Assembly: GCA_965219455.1 (NCBI GenBank)
Contig: OZ244744.1
Coordinates: 5,056,001-5,120,000, forward strand
Length of the DNA stretch: 64,000 nucleotides
DNA from: Candidatus Latescibacterota bacterium
Lineage (GTDB): Bacteria > Latescibacterota > UBA2968 > GCA-2709665
Direction of reading: 5' to 3'
This document shows, in pieces, positions 29,501 through 38,291 of this stretch (its first letter is position 1; each line of letters opens with the position of its first letter). Under the pieces are notes generated by a model, which worked only from the letters and a program-made list of their open reading frames with translations, did not search any database and was not told where the DNA came from. The position numbers and the translations under genes were made by a program.

Positions 29501-30042
29501 GAAAACACCACAGAATTGACCGAACCGCTATGCCCCTCCAGAGTGGTGATTTCTTCACGTGACGCCACATCCCACAGCTTGACCGTGCGATCCTGAGAAC
29601 CTGAAGCCAAAGTGGCGCCATCGGGCGAAAACACCACAGAATTGACCGAACCGCTATGCCCCTCCAGAGTGGTGATTTCTTCACGTGATGCCACATCCCA
29701 CAGCTTGACCGTCCCATACGATGTCCCCAAAGCCAAAGTGGCGCCATCGGGCGAAAACACCACAGAATTGACCGAACCGCTATGCCCCTCCAGAGTGGTG
29801 ATTTCTTCACGTGATGCCACATCCCACAGCTTGACCGTCCCATACGATGTCCCCAAAGCCAAAGTGGCGCCATCGGGCGAAAACACCACAGAATTAACCG
29901 AACCGCTATGCCTCTCCAGAGTGGTGATTTCTTCACGTGATGCCACATCCCACAGCTTGACCGTCCCATACGATGTCCCCAAAGCCAAAGTGGCGCCATC
30001 GGGCGAAAACACCACAGAATTGACCGAACCGCTATGTTCCAC
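26560..30042 (-). CDS. WD40 repeat protein with two Ig-like (Big_1) domains and a C-terminal dockerin/EF-hand-like module (3' part of a split gene)
   Basis: About 20 GH..FSPDG..LWD repeats; VTFTVTAGGG..TD.NGRA..LTLG..PGTN twice; DFDFDGEVGFSDF..DLDGNGSVGFSDF. Confidence 0.85.
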   Translation of the reverse strand: MEHSGSVNSVVFSPDGATLALGTSYGTVKLWDVASREEITTLERHSGSVNSVVFSPDGATLALGTSYGTVKLWDVASREEITTLEGHSGSVNSVVFSPDGATLALGTSYGTVKLWDVASREEITTLEGHSGSVNSVVFSPDGATLASGSQDRTVKLWDVASREEITTLEGHSGSVNSVVFSPDGATLASGSQDRTVKLWDVASREEIAAVKVWEAVSSVVFSPDGATLALGTSYGTVKLWDVLTREKIEDFAQVSSVLSVSFSPVGAILASGARDGTVRLWDTSKWMRPLPSGLKIISGDDQHGQPGAALADPLIVEVRDQYENLLPDASVTFTVTAGGGKLSGRFTIEHTKTDVNGRAERALTLGPRPGTNTVRVSIGLRDSVVFQVEGVEAAVTVGGEDHRTQHLPDGAIVRLGKGAIGASDRAVALSPDGKYLAVASGIGVWLYEVAATSVLTLLPSASSVYSVSYSPGGATLALGLVNGSIELWEVDSGTRIAKLEGSTRYRVNAVAFSPDGAILASASEDPSIVLWDVTSREKIATLEGHTLGVNSLAFSPDGITLASGSFDQTIKLWDMETRNEIGTLRQQRPLVVSVAFSPDGSILASATEYGPIVLWDVAARERIGTLEGYTHRGWGSSVVFSPDGTTLASGSVDGAIQLWNVASREEIDTLVGHRYRVDSVVFSANGSTLVSGSQDGVVLLWDVETRNAVGFTGHSSVRSLGLSPDGTTLASGSGYGAIQLWDVATRKKITTLKGQTRCWVSSVVFSPDGTTLASGSYNGTIRLWDTETREEIATLEGHGFSVSSVVFSPDGTTLASGVWVHEVKLWDVATLEVIATLQGHAHRVDTVVFSPDGTTLASGSFDKTIKLWDTETRDEAVTMEGHTHWVRSVNFSHDGKILASGSYDKTIKLWDTETGKAVATLKGHSASVTSVVFSPDGATLASGSQDRTVKLWDVADREEIGTLEGHTALVHSVLFSPDGTTLVSGSDDGTMLIWDMHRVQSRPNILKEVSGLEQKAPAGTALAKPFVVSLQDQNGEPYAGATVTFAVTAGGGTLSVTTDTTDANGRAATTLTLGSQPGTNTVVATVADLKPAVFTANAQANPDFDFDGEVGFSDFVKFAAKFGLSKDDDGFETRYDLDGNGSVGFSDFLIFAGAFGSRGS
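29413..30042 (-). repeat. Five near-identical 126-bp tandem WD40 units
   Basis: Units are almost identical in DNA, with two patch variants (LALGTSYG and LASGSQDR). Confidence 0.9.
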
Positions 30043-30043
30043 G

Positions 30044-31186
30044 TCAGCAACCGCCCTTCCACGTCAGCAATTTGTGTGGGGAAATCTCGGAAAGCACGAC
30101 AAGGTCCCAGACCACATTTCCGTCCGTATCAACGACCCCAACCGAAAATCGGTGTATAGAACGACTTGGAATCAAGCTGTCATATTTGAATTCGACGACA
30201 GTCTCTTTTTCGCCCGTCAATCCACGACACGCTTCGAACTGAGAACCGCCCCAACCCCTATTGAGATCTCTCAGGATCACCTCGTGAACCCCCTCTGAAT
30301 CACCGACTTTGAGTAGGATGGAAACGCTCTTCGAGGCATGAGGGTACCTGGTGGGTGAAATGAGCTCGATGGTGGGCGGATGTATCTCCTCAGCTGCGCT
30401 ATCAGGATTGAAGTAGGGATGCACGGCCAGGAACCGGGCAGCACACGCAGAAAACCGATATACCCCATCCTGTCTTACGCCACGCATGATGTAGGCGTCG
30501 TCGCGGGGGTCGTGCCACACCATGCCGAAAGCATGGCCAAGTTCATGGACCGCTGTGTAGAAGTCGATTCTGCGAGGCGCCGACCCACGGTCTTCATCCC
30601 ACTGGGCTCCCATCATCGCATTTCCACCATTCTTCCCCCTCGAGTATCCGAATCCCGCCAGTTCAACGTAGTCTACAACAGTGAGGTAAATGTTCGCGCG
30701 TAAATTGAACGTCTGAAGAACATCCTCGTAAATCATGTCAGCCGCTTCAACCGAATACTCAGGGTAGCGACTAGCGACGTGCTGCCCTTTCACGCGATGC
30801 ACCAGCGGCGCGCCCTGGGCATCTGTTTCAAAGCGAAAGGTCTTTTTGCCGTAGCCGTGCGCCTGCATCTGCTCGGTACAGAACGTCTGAACCCGGCGAA
30901 TCAACGTTTTCATCGAATCGACCACTTCTTGACGATACGGACGGTCATTGGGGTGGAAGTAGATCATCCGCACCGTGCGCGGCGGGCCCACGTTCAGATC
31001 CGCCGCGCGCTTTCTGCCCGGCGCGGGGTTGTCCCGCAGCCACTGCTCGTAATCGAACAGCGCGCAGAAATGCACGCTGTCAGGCGGCGGCGAGGAAGCA
31101 GATCCCGCAGTCGGAAGACAGGCCAACACCAGTAAACATGCCGCCAGGGCGAGCGATTCATTGAAACGATAGACACGCAAACACAT
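30044..31186 (-). CDS. Secreted zinc metallopeptidase domain (5' part of a split gene)
   Basis: Signal peptide; HELGHAFGMVWH plus AYIM Met-turn. It ends out of frame 1 nt before the WD40 ORF, at a 14-bp direct repeat. Confidence 0.75.
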   Translation of the reverse strand: MCLRVYRFNESLALAACLLVLACLPTAGSASSPPPDSVHFCALFDYEQWLRDNPAPGRKRAADLNVGPPRTVRMIYFHPNDRPYRQEVVDSMKTLIRRVQTFCTEQMQAHGYGKKTFRFETDAQGAPLVHRVKGQHVASRYPEYSVEAADMIYEDVLQTFNLRANIYLTVVDYVELAGFGYSRGKNGGNAMMGAQWDEDRGSAPRRIDFYTAVHELGHAFGMVWHDPRDDAYIMRGVRQDGVYRFSACAARFLAVHPYFNPDSAAEEIHPPTIELISPTRYPHASKSVSILLKVGDSEGVHEVILRDLNRGWGGSQFEACRGLTGEKETVVEFKYDSLIPSRSIHRFSVGVVDTDGNVVWDLVVLSEISPHKLLTWKGGC

Positions 31187-32288
31187 GGCCCCATCACTCC
31201 ATTCAAGTCATCCCCAAAATCACGATGTTTTGCCTATTTCAAAGTGAGGCAATCGACGTGTTTTTGGAAGTGAGAAGTTTGCGAAGTTGAGCTTTCGGAT
31301 TGGGTTTGCCAATACAGTCTGCGACGTTCAGCGCCGCGGGGGAGTTTTGGTTCACGTTGTGCGTCGCAAGAGCAGGTCTGCCAGTGACGACCATGCTCGG
31401 AATGTGTCACAAAATGCAATAGTGACGAAGCCAATCAGGAATACTGTGATAAGACTTCTGATGATGTCTCGCATGATCGCTCTCCCTGCGGCCACTCTCG
31501 CCATTGTCCCTCTCCGGCGGGATGCGATGAAAATGCTCTGATGCAAACCTGAAATCGATTCTCGATCAGGCTGTTCGTGTTGTGGTGGGGGACCCTCGGA
31601 TAGACCCTGCGGTCGGTGTACGGGAACTGTGGATCGATTATCCGCTTCGGGCTTTGAGACTCCTGATTCCGGATCCCTGCATTTGACATCATGGGCTCCA
31701 TATATTTACCAAAATTGCAGGGGCCGCATCCCGTCTAACTGCGCAAAAACGCCCGGGGACAATTGGGGTTGCGCGACTTCCAGGATAACCGTGGGTTTTC
31801 GACTGCGGCCGGTCAGGGAACCGACGATATTTGGGGGTCGGGACAAGCCCTGAATTAAGAACTGACGAACTCGCCCGACAGCTCTGCAGGATACAGGATC
31901 TGCAATGTACACAACGAATCGTTTTTTGTCCAAATTTATATTTTTTATTATCTTACTTTAATTTTCCGAATTTATATACACCTTCCGTTTGTGTAGACAA
32001 AATCAGTAGTGATTTACATGCATCGAGTAATATTTTTTGGTGAGAGAGACCTCAAGCCAATCGATTGACGTCGGACCCGTGGATGAAATCGTTGGGGTCA
32101 CCCTAGTGGTTGCCCAGGTCGCGTGGTGCGGACAACCCCTACCAATAGACGGCCGTGCCATGAAGTTGCGGGCGCTGTAAGGGTACAGCGAGGCTGAGGG
32201 GCGACCAGCGGGTAGCTCCAAGGGATACCACGAATCGATCAGCGGACAGCGAACGAAAAGAAACGAACATGGACCTGGCTTCAACGGC

Positions 32289-32771
32289 GTTCCGCATTGC
32301 GGCGGGATGCCACGACGAGGATGTGCGTACGGTGGTGGATCACCTGGTGGATTCCAATCTGTTCGGGTACGATCCACCGGGCGCCATATTGCCGCTGGGA
32401 GGTGACGCGGGTCACAAGGGATACCGGTTGAGCACTATGGTCGAAAATTACTGGGCGGGACGCTGAGCGGCCAGGGGTGCGCGGCGGGCGACCGGGAGAT
32501 GATCAGCAACGGCGCCCTGATCAATGCCTACGATATCGAACACTTTACGGATCTGGAGACGTTCTACGACGAAGTGGAGGGGTTGATGCGCCACGTGAAA
32601 TCCAGCAGCCTCGCGCCGGGATTCAATGAAATCCTCGCACCGGGCGAGCCGGAATTCCGGACGGCGGAACGCCGCGCCACGGAGGGCATCGAGGTGGACG
32701 AGACGACATGGCAGATGGTCTGCGAAATCGGCGAGGAATTTGGGGTGAATCTGGAGGGGGAGGAGAACTGA
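32289..32771 (+). pseudogene. Ldh_2 copy 3 with a 534-bp internal deletion and a frameshift
   Basis: AAGC..D.RTVVDHLVDSNL.G is fused directly to DPPGAILPLGG; +2 shift at about 32445. Confidence 0.9.
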
Positions 32772-33524
32772 GTCTGAACATAACCCGGCGGATTATAATA
32801 CACCCCGTCAACCGGCGCCCAATGCGTGGACGGATGCGAGCTTAATGACGCAGCGATATCGGTTCTTGCCGGGACCCTAGGCTCTCCTCTCCGCCCAATA
32901 TACGACATTAAACTCGGAGGGGAGGTCGTCTCACTCTATATTGGCGCGTAGGGAAACTCATTCATTTGACTACGTAGAAAAGGTAGTACGGGGCAAGTAC
33001 TATTTTGGGGTCGAAAAAGGAGAGGCGTTCAGTCGGCGGCGAAAGCCTCTTGAGCGTCAAGATCGAGGTTGAGATGTTTGCGTAGGGCAGGTCTGAGTGT
33101 GGGAAGGAATCGGCATCCTTTGATTGTCCGCAAACGGGGCTGTATATCCAACAGCGCGGCTGCCAACCACCGATATCGCTGATCGGAGTTGCTCCATCGC
33201 TATACATTCCGTGTGGTCGTCGATTTCGAGTCTAATGTCCCCGCATACGTTGTTGTCCCTGAGTTCGATACGGTCCAATTTTTTTCCAACTGAGATATCG
33301 ATTCGCTGTCTTTTAATGATCGCCGATATGCGGCCACTGCAGGATCGGTTTAATCAGGCCAGTCGAAGATCGTTTCAGTATTCGTCCGAATTACTATTGT
33401 ATCAGCGATAAAGTCGTGAATGGCACGTCGTCGGCGAGCCGCTGGGCAATTTAAGTAATCGAGTAATAGCCCAAGGGCCTCGTTGTGTTACGCGAACACC
33501 TTGTCCTGGTCTCTCTCGACACCT

Positions 33525-34664
33525 TCATTGCGCCCCAACCTCCATGAAGAACCTTCTTTCCCCATCCCGAATAGTCAATATCGCCGTACTCTTGGTCGGA
33601 TGTCGGTTTTCATCATACCGCGCGATCTGAGTCGCTCCCCGGTAATCTTGCGTTGCCGTTAGCTGGTTCCGGACCACCTCTCCCTCAAAACTTCTCGCCC
33701 GTTCTACCGCCTCAGAGAGTACCCATACAGCGTCATAACTAACTGCATCCCCACCGCTGGGGGTACGTTGGTATGCGGCCACGTACGCCTCTACGAACAT
33801 CCTCGCGCCAGGTTCGGTTGACTCCGCGGAGAAGTGTCCGCTAAAGAAACTTCCTTCGACCTCGGCCAGTACCGCATCCAGAAACAACGGATTGTCCCAA
33901 GCATCAGCGCCCAGGAGGACTACAGGTGTGCCCTGGGCGTTCAGCACGGGAGCAGTTCTCGTTTCCCGGACCACGTGGGTCATATCCGAGACCAAGCCCG
34001 AAATAAAGAATACATCCGGTTCGGCTTTGGAGATCCGCCCAAGCTGTTCTGTAAAGGTGGTATCGCCGCCAGAGAAAACCTCGTTTGCGACGACCGTCCC
34101 GCCGAGCTCAGTGAAATGGGAAACAAAGAACATTGAAATACCTTCAGTATATACATCACCCTCTAGGGTCAGGACCGCCGCTACAGACTTACCCAAATCT
34201 TCCCACGCAAAACGGGCGAGAACCGCGCCCTGGAACTGATCAGTAAAAGCTGCCATAAATACGAAGTGACCCGCCCGCGTCACGTTCGGGTTAGTGGCCC
34301 CGGTCGTTATCATAGGAATCTGTGCCTGCTGAGCAACCGGCCCCACGTGAACCGCGTGGGTTGAGCGGTTGGGGCCGAGGATCGCAAAGACCCGATCATT
34401 CTGGATCATCTGTTGAGCGGCCTGGACCGCTACTGAGGCATCCACAATATTGGTTCGTGTTACCAGTTCGACTGTTCTGTCGAGCAGCCCACCGTTCGTG
34501 TTGATCTCGTCTACAGCCAATGAGGCCGCATCTGCATACGAGGAACGATCGCCGGAGACCAGGAAACCGATTCTTATTGTATCGTTGGAGATCGGGTCCT
34601 GGGACTTGGAACAGGAGAGGGACAGCGAGAGGAGACAGGCGATGTAGAAAAATCGGAAACTCAT
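33525..34664 (-). CDS. Branched-chain amino acid-type ABC substrate-binding lipoprotein (orphan)
   Basis: Lipobox SLSC; AVDEINTNGGLLDR, GATNPNVT, TDQFQG and YDAV; no permease nearby. Confidence 0.85.
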   Translation of the reverse strand: MSFRFFYIACLLSLSLSCSKSQDPISNDTIRIGFLVSGDRSSYADAASLAVDEINTNGGLLDRTVELVTRTNIVDASVAVQAAQQMIQNDRVFAILGPNRSTHAVHVGPVAQQAQIPMITTGATNPNVTRAGHFVFMAAFTDQFQGAVLARFAWEDLGKSVAAVLTLEGDVYTEGISMFFVSHFTELGGTVVANEVFSGGDTTFTEQLGRISKAEPDVFFISGLVSDMTHVVRETRTAPVLNAQGTPVVLLGADAWDNPLFLDAVLAEVEGSFFSGHFSAESTEPGARMFVEAYVAAYQRTPSGGDAVSYDAVWVLSEAVERARSFEGEVVRNQLTATQDYRGATQIARYDENRHPTKSTAILTIRDGERRFFMEVGAQ

Positions 34665-34691
34665 TATATTTTCATTCCACCTATGATTAAT

Positions 34692-35273
34692 TCAATTGTG
34701 TCGTGTGCTGTCGCGCAACCTTCTAACCGCCGACCTACCGCCCGCCAGATCAAACTTGAATGTCCAATCAACAAGGTTCTTTATAAAGGCCCTGGGATCT
34801 TTTGGCATTTCTCTCGGAAAAGAACCCAGGTAAACAGAAAGGGTGTGGTACCGGTTTGATTGTATATCTCTCAGTATGCGTTTAGAAAAATTCGCCGGGA
34901 TCAGAATTATATTCCGGCCATTCTTGGTTTCGGTAAATACCTCAGGAACTACACAAACTCGATCTCTACCTTTCTGTTTACCACTCATTCTAAAAGCCAC
35001 GTCTTGTTGAGAGGATTCAGGGCGTTCGCCAGCTAGAAAACGAGTCTTGGGATACTCAATCGCGACAACGGTGGTTAAAAGTAACAGAGAACAATTTACC
35101 GTGTCACTGTGTCCAAAGTGCCAATTGCGATAAGTGGGTGCAATTTCACCCTTCCGCTCTAATACAGTAAAACCCTCAAACGGTGAACGTACTTGACTTA
35201 TCTGCCAAATAGACGAATAACCCGCCGCGCAACTGCCCAGCATTACCATCAAGATGAGAAAAGATTTCCTCAT
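34692..35273 (-). CDS. Hypothetical lipoprotein
   Basis: MRKSFLILMVMLGSC lipobox; C-terminal WTFKFDLAG; low GC. Confidence 0.6.
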   Translation of the reverse strand: MRKSFLILMVMLGSCAAGYSSIWQISQVRSPFEGFTVLERKGEIAPTYRNWHFGHSDTVNCSLLLLTTVVAIEYPKTRFLAGERPESSQQDVAFRMSGKQKGRDRVCVVPEVFTETKNGRNIILIPANFSKRILRDIQSNRYHTLSVYLGSFPREMPKDPRAFIKNLVDWTFKFDLAGGRSAVRRLRDSTRHN

Positions 35274-35300
35274 AACCTCTATCCACAAGTGCGCGAACAC

Positions 35301-36047
35301 TTATCGTGCTCGAATCTTATCAATCGCGTATTGTGCCATACGTCGATTTAGATATTTTCGACCACCGAACCCGGTTAATGTGTCCTTAGTGGCAATTTGT
35401 CTCAAAATAGGTATGGTTGTCGAATCGCCAAACGTAGCCAAGGCAAAACAATATGTGCCCTTATACACATATCGTTCTAAATTCTCCATAAGCATGCGTC
35501 TTATCAACTTTATCTGTGATTCACTAAACAAAGACGGTTTACTCATGTACATTCTGACCAAAGTGTGACCCGCTGTACCACGTGTACGTAATTGATCATA
35601 TTGTAGGTAAGTTATCACACTGTCAACAGCAGAGTCCATTTTAGCCAAGCCAATGTGCGCAGTCCCAATTGACTTTCGAATCGCCCTTAATAGAATCGAC
35701 TTGGATCCAGGGTCTCCAATCTTACCCAAAAACCCCACCAGGCTAAGGGCGTATTCTCCTTCACATTCACCAGAACGTTCTTCTTTGTCCAGAAGCTGTG
35801 TAAGTTTAGCGTGTACGGCAGGAACAGCCACACGAACAGATTCAATACCTTTCTCTTGTAAGACAATATCCAGACGGGCCATCACACGACTCGAAGCCTG
35901 ACAGTCGCCATGCTCTATGGTATAGAGTTCAACTTGTGTAACGGGGGTTATTGGTATGTGTCCAATTACCGGGTCTGAGAAATGATGATCACCGAAAACT
36001 AACGTTGGGACGAATAATAGATACCACATCACGATAAGTAAACGCAT
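35301..36047 (-). CDS. Hypothetical secreted protein with HEAT-like helices
   Basis: GGAGG RBS, signal peptide, LGKIGDP and ALATFGDSTTIPILRQI; low GC. Confidence 0.6.
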   Translation of the reverse strand: MRLLIVMWYLLFVPTLVFGDHHFSDPVIGHIPITPVTQVELYTIEHGDCQASSRVMARLDIVLQEKGIESVRVAVPAVHAKLTQLLDKEERSGECEGEYALSLVGFLGKIGDPGSKSILLRAIRKSIGTAHIGLAKMDSAVDSVITYLQYDQLRTRGTAGHTLVRMYMSKPSLFSESQIKLIRRMLMENLERYVYKGTYCFALATFGDSTTIPILRQIATKDTLTGFGGRKYLNRRMAQYAIDKIRAR

Positions 36048-36116
36048 CTCGCCCCTCCTCTTTGCTACCGATTAGCTAACCTCAACACTGGAGTTACCCC
36101 GGTTTAGCGGACGGTT

Positions 36117-36647
36117 TTACTCCACACACTTCCCGTCCGGCTTGTTCACCTTGTTCCACGCGTCGACAAACTGGTCAGCTAGACTGCGCACGGTAGACAT
36201 GACAGAGCCGCTCCTGCCCTCATGTTTCTCAAACGTCCCGATCCGCTAGGTTTGCGCGAAGTTCAACTGCCCGGAAAGGGGTTCGTTAACCCACTTTTTC
36301 AATTCAACGGGAACGCTGAACGCGTCTCCTTTCACATTGACATCCACATATAGGTGCGGGAAGAAAACCACGGACCCCTCGGGGAACCCGAAATAACCGG
36401 ATTGATACAGGCCGGCGGCGCGCAGTCTGGATTCCACCGCGGCGATAATCTCCTTTCTCTTGAGACCTGCTTCCTCCTCATCAAGCGACTTGTGCTCAAC
36501 CACGAGAGCAACGCCCACGCATTTTGTGTACAGTTTGAACTCTTCTATCGAACCCTTGGTCTTGGCACTCTTATCAGACGCCGCACAAACACCTGCAGCG
36601 ATCGCTACCAGCGCAACGACAAACACGACTCGCGCTTTCATATTCAA
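36117..36647 (-). pseudogene. Secreted hypothetical protein with an internal TAG
   Basis: The frame continues 42 codons past TAG 36246-48 (RIGTFEKH..LADQFVDAWNKVNKP..), consistent with TGG>TAG. Confidence 0.55.
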
Positions 36648-36801
36648 ATCCCTCTGAAGTCAGATGAAGCAAGTCCTTCCGCGAGAACCGTATAGAATTC
36701 ACGAAGGCAGGGCCAAGAAGCCGCAGGTGAGTAAAACGAAAGGCGTCTGTGCGACAATTGGTGGCGTTTTTTTGGAAGATCGAGAGAAGATGCTTCGGGT
36801 C

Positions 36802-36847
36802 TTAATCAGCTTTTAATCCTGGTCAATCGTGGTCAATCCTGGTCCGG
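36802..36847. repeat. AATC-periodic element A
   Basis: TTAATCAGCTTTTAATCCTGGTCAATCGTGGTCAATCCTGGTCCGGG. Confidence 0.6.
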
Positions 36848-36875
36848 GTGTTGATGTTGCATCTGGCCGAAACGC

Positions 36876-38081
36876 CTACTCCCGCCCTTCCCGTCTGTCG
36901 ACAATGTCGTGCGCAAGGTTGCCGGATAACTCATTCTCCGCCAATTGGATACGATCCGCTTTTTGTCCAATAAAGATGCCGATTCGCTGTTGACCCGTTG
37001 GTGCATTGCCGATGCGGTTGTTGACGAAGGTCAGGTCGCGGGTTTCTCCCAGGATGCGGATGCCGCAGCCGTCGGCTCCGGTTCCGTTGTCCAGTATTTC
37101 GTTCTTCTCAAAGTAATTCCGATGGCCCGCCATCGGTTCGGATTCGTCGCGGAAGAGGACGCCCTCGTTTCCGTTTCCGATGGCGCGGTTATTGGAGAAG
37201 GTGTTGTCCGTGTCCTTGTGGCCGATGGAGATGCCAGTCTCGCCGTTGTCCAGGAGAGCGTTGTTTTCAAAACGCCCATTCCTGACCCGCCAGCAGAGGA
37301 AAAGGCCGATGCGGCCGTTCCCGATCGACCGGCAGTTGCGGATGGTGGGTGACCCGCTTCCGCTGCCGGGGTGAAGGCCCAGTTGGGTATTCCCATTGCA
37401 GACGCAGTCTTCCACCGACACATCGTTGCTCTGCTGGAAGCTGATCCCGTCGCCGTTGAAGTCTTCAACCGTGCAGCGGGCAATTCGTGCTCCGTGGCTT
37501 CGATACAGGAAGATGCCGGCACCCCTGCAACCGTTGAGGTAGGGGTTGTTTTGTTTGTTGCCCTGAATCGCCAGATGTTCGATTACCGCGCCTTCGACGC
37601 CATAGCCGCTGATGACCGGGAACGTTGTCGCCGCGTGTGCGTTTCGGGAGACGAGGTAGTCGCCCAGCATGGGCTTGTTGGTGCCGAATGTGTTGCCTTG
37701 TGCCCATATCAGTGTGCAGACGGCGGTGTGAAATCCGCCCGAACTGTCGTCCGTAACGCTGACCCCGTAGCCCGGCGCGAACCCGGTGGGGGAGGCAACG
37801 GTGATCTGTTCCTCGCCATAGTCGCCATCCAGGACAAGCGGACTCTCGGCGGCGTCTGCCTTAAAAAGAACGGATTCTTTCCCGCGCCCGCGGATTGTGA
37901 CACAGTCTCTCAGGTGGAGCGAGTTCCGCATCGTGTAGGTTCCGGGGCCGACCTCTACGGTGCCGCCGCCCAGACCCGCGATATAATCGACGGCAGCCTG
38001 AAGGGCCGTGTTGTCACTGCCGATAATATCGGCTGCGGCATGACCGACGGTGACGCTGGGAGTACGACGTTGGAAAGCCAT
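36876..38081 (-). CDS. Right-handed parallel beta-helix protein, paralog 2
   Basis: 401 aa, collinear with paralog 1; about 60 differences by manual count (about 85% identity). Confidence 0.85.
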   Translation of the reverse strand: MAFQRRTPSVTVGHAAADIIGSDNTALQAAVDYIAGLGGGTVEVGPGTYTMRNSLHLRDCVTIRGRGKESVLFKADAAESPLVLDGDYGEEQITVASPTGFAPGYGVSVTDDSSGGFHTAVCTLIWAQGNTFGTNKPMLGDYLVSRNAHAATTFPVISGYGVEGAVIEHLAIQGNKQNNPYLNGCRGAGIFLYRSHGARIARCTVEDFNGDGISFQQSNDVSVEDCVCNGNTQLGLHPGSGSGSPTIRNCRSIGNGRIGLFLCWRVRNGRFENNALLDNGETGISIGHKDTDNTFSNNRAIGNGNEGVLFRDESEPMAGHRNYFEKNEILDNGTGADGCGIRILGETRDLTFVNNRIGNAPTGQQRIGIFIGQKADRIQLAENELSGNLAHDIVDRREGRE

Positions 38082-38229
38082 CGCGATGCCTCTGCTGTTT
38101 TTGGTTGGGTTGATCCGATCCTCGAAACCGATCGGGCTTATTCAAGATGAACACCCCATCTCATCAAGTCGCCCTCACTCACTTAAGGCCTTCCCCAAAA
38201 TCACATCAAACAAGGTCTCTCTATGGCAT

Positions 38230-38274
38230 TTAATCAGCCTTTAATCACACCAATCACACGAATCACAGTCCGGG
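38230..38274. repeat. AATC-periodic element B
   Basis: TTAATCAGCCTTTAATCACACCAATCACACGAATCACAGTCCGGG. Confidence 0.6.
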
Positions 38275-38291
38275 CTGGGTGGCGATGTCGA

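Noticed and set aside
29413-30042. Possible CRISPR array
   Set aside because: 126-bp in-frame coding repeats with no unique spacers and no cas genes.
31234-31701. Short ORFs upstream of the peptidase-WD40 gene and at 32962-33411
   Set aside because: Fragmentary and without recognisable motifs; possibly decayed genes, but unsupported as features.
36246-36248. Pyrrolysine or recoded TAG
   Set aside because: TAG ends many normal genes here and no pyl genes are seen; a nonsense mutation is simpler.
22120-36870. Integron, prophage or Xer/dif module array
   Set aside because: No integrase or phage genes, mixed gene orientation, and no repeated attC or 28-bp dif sites found by eye.
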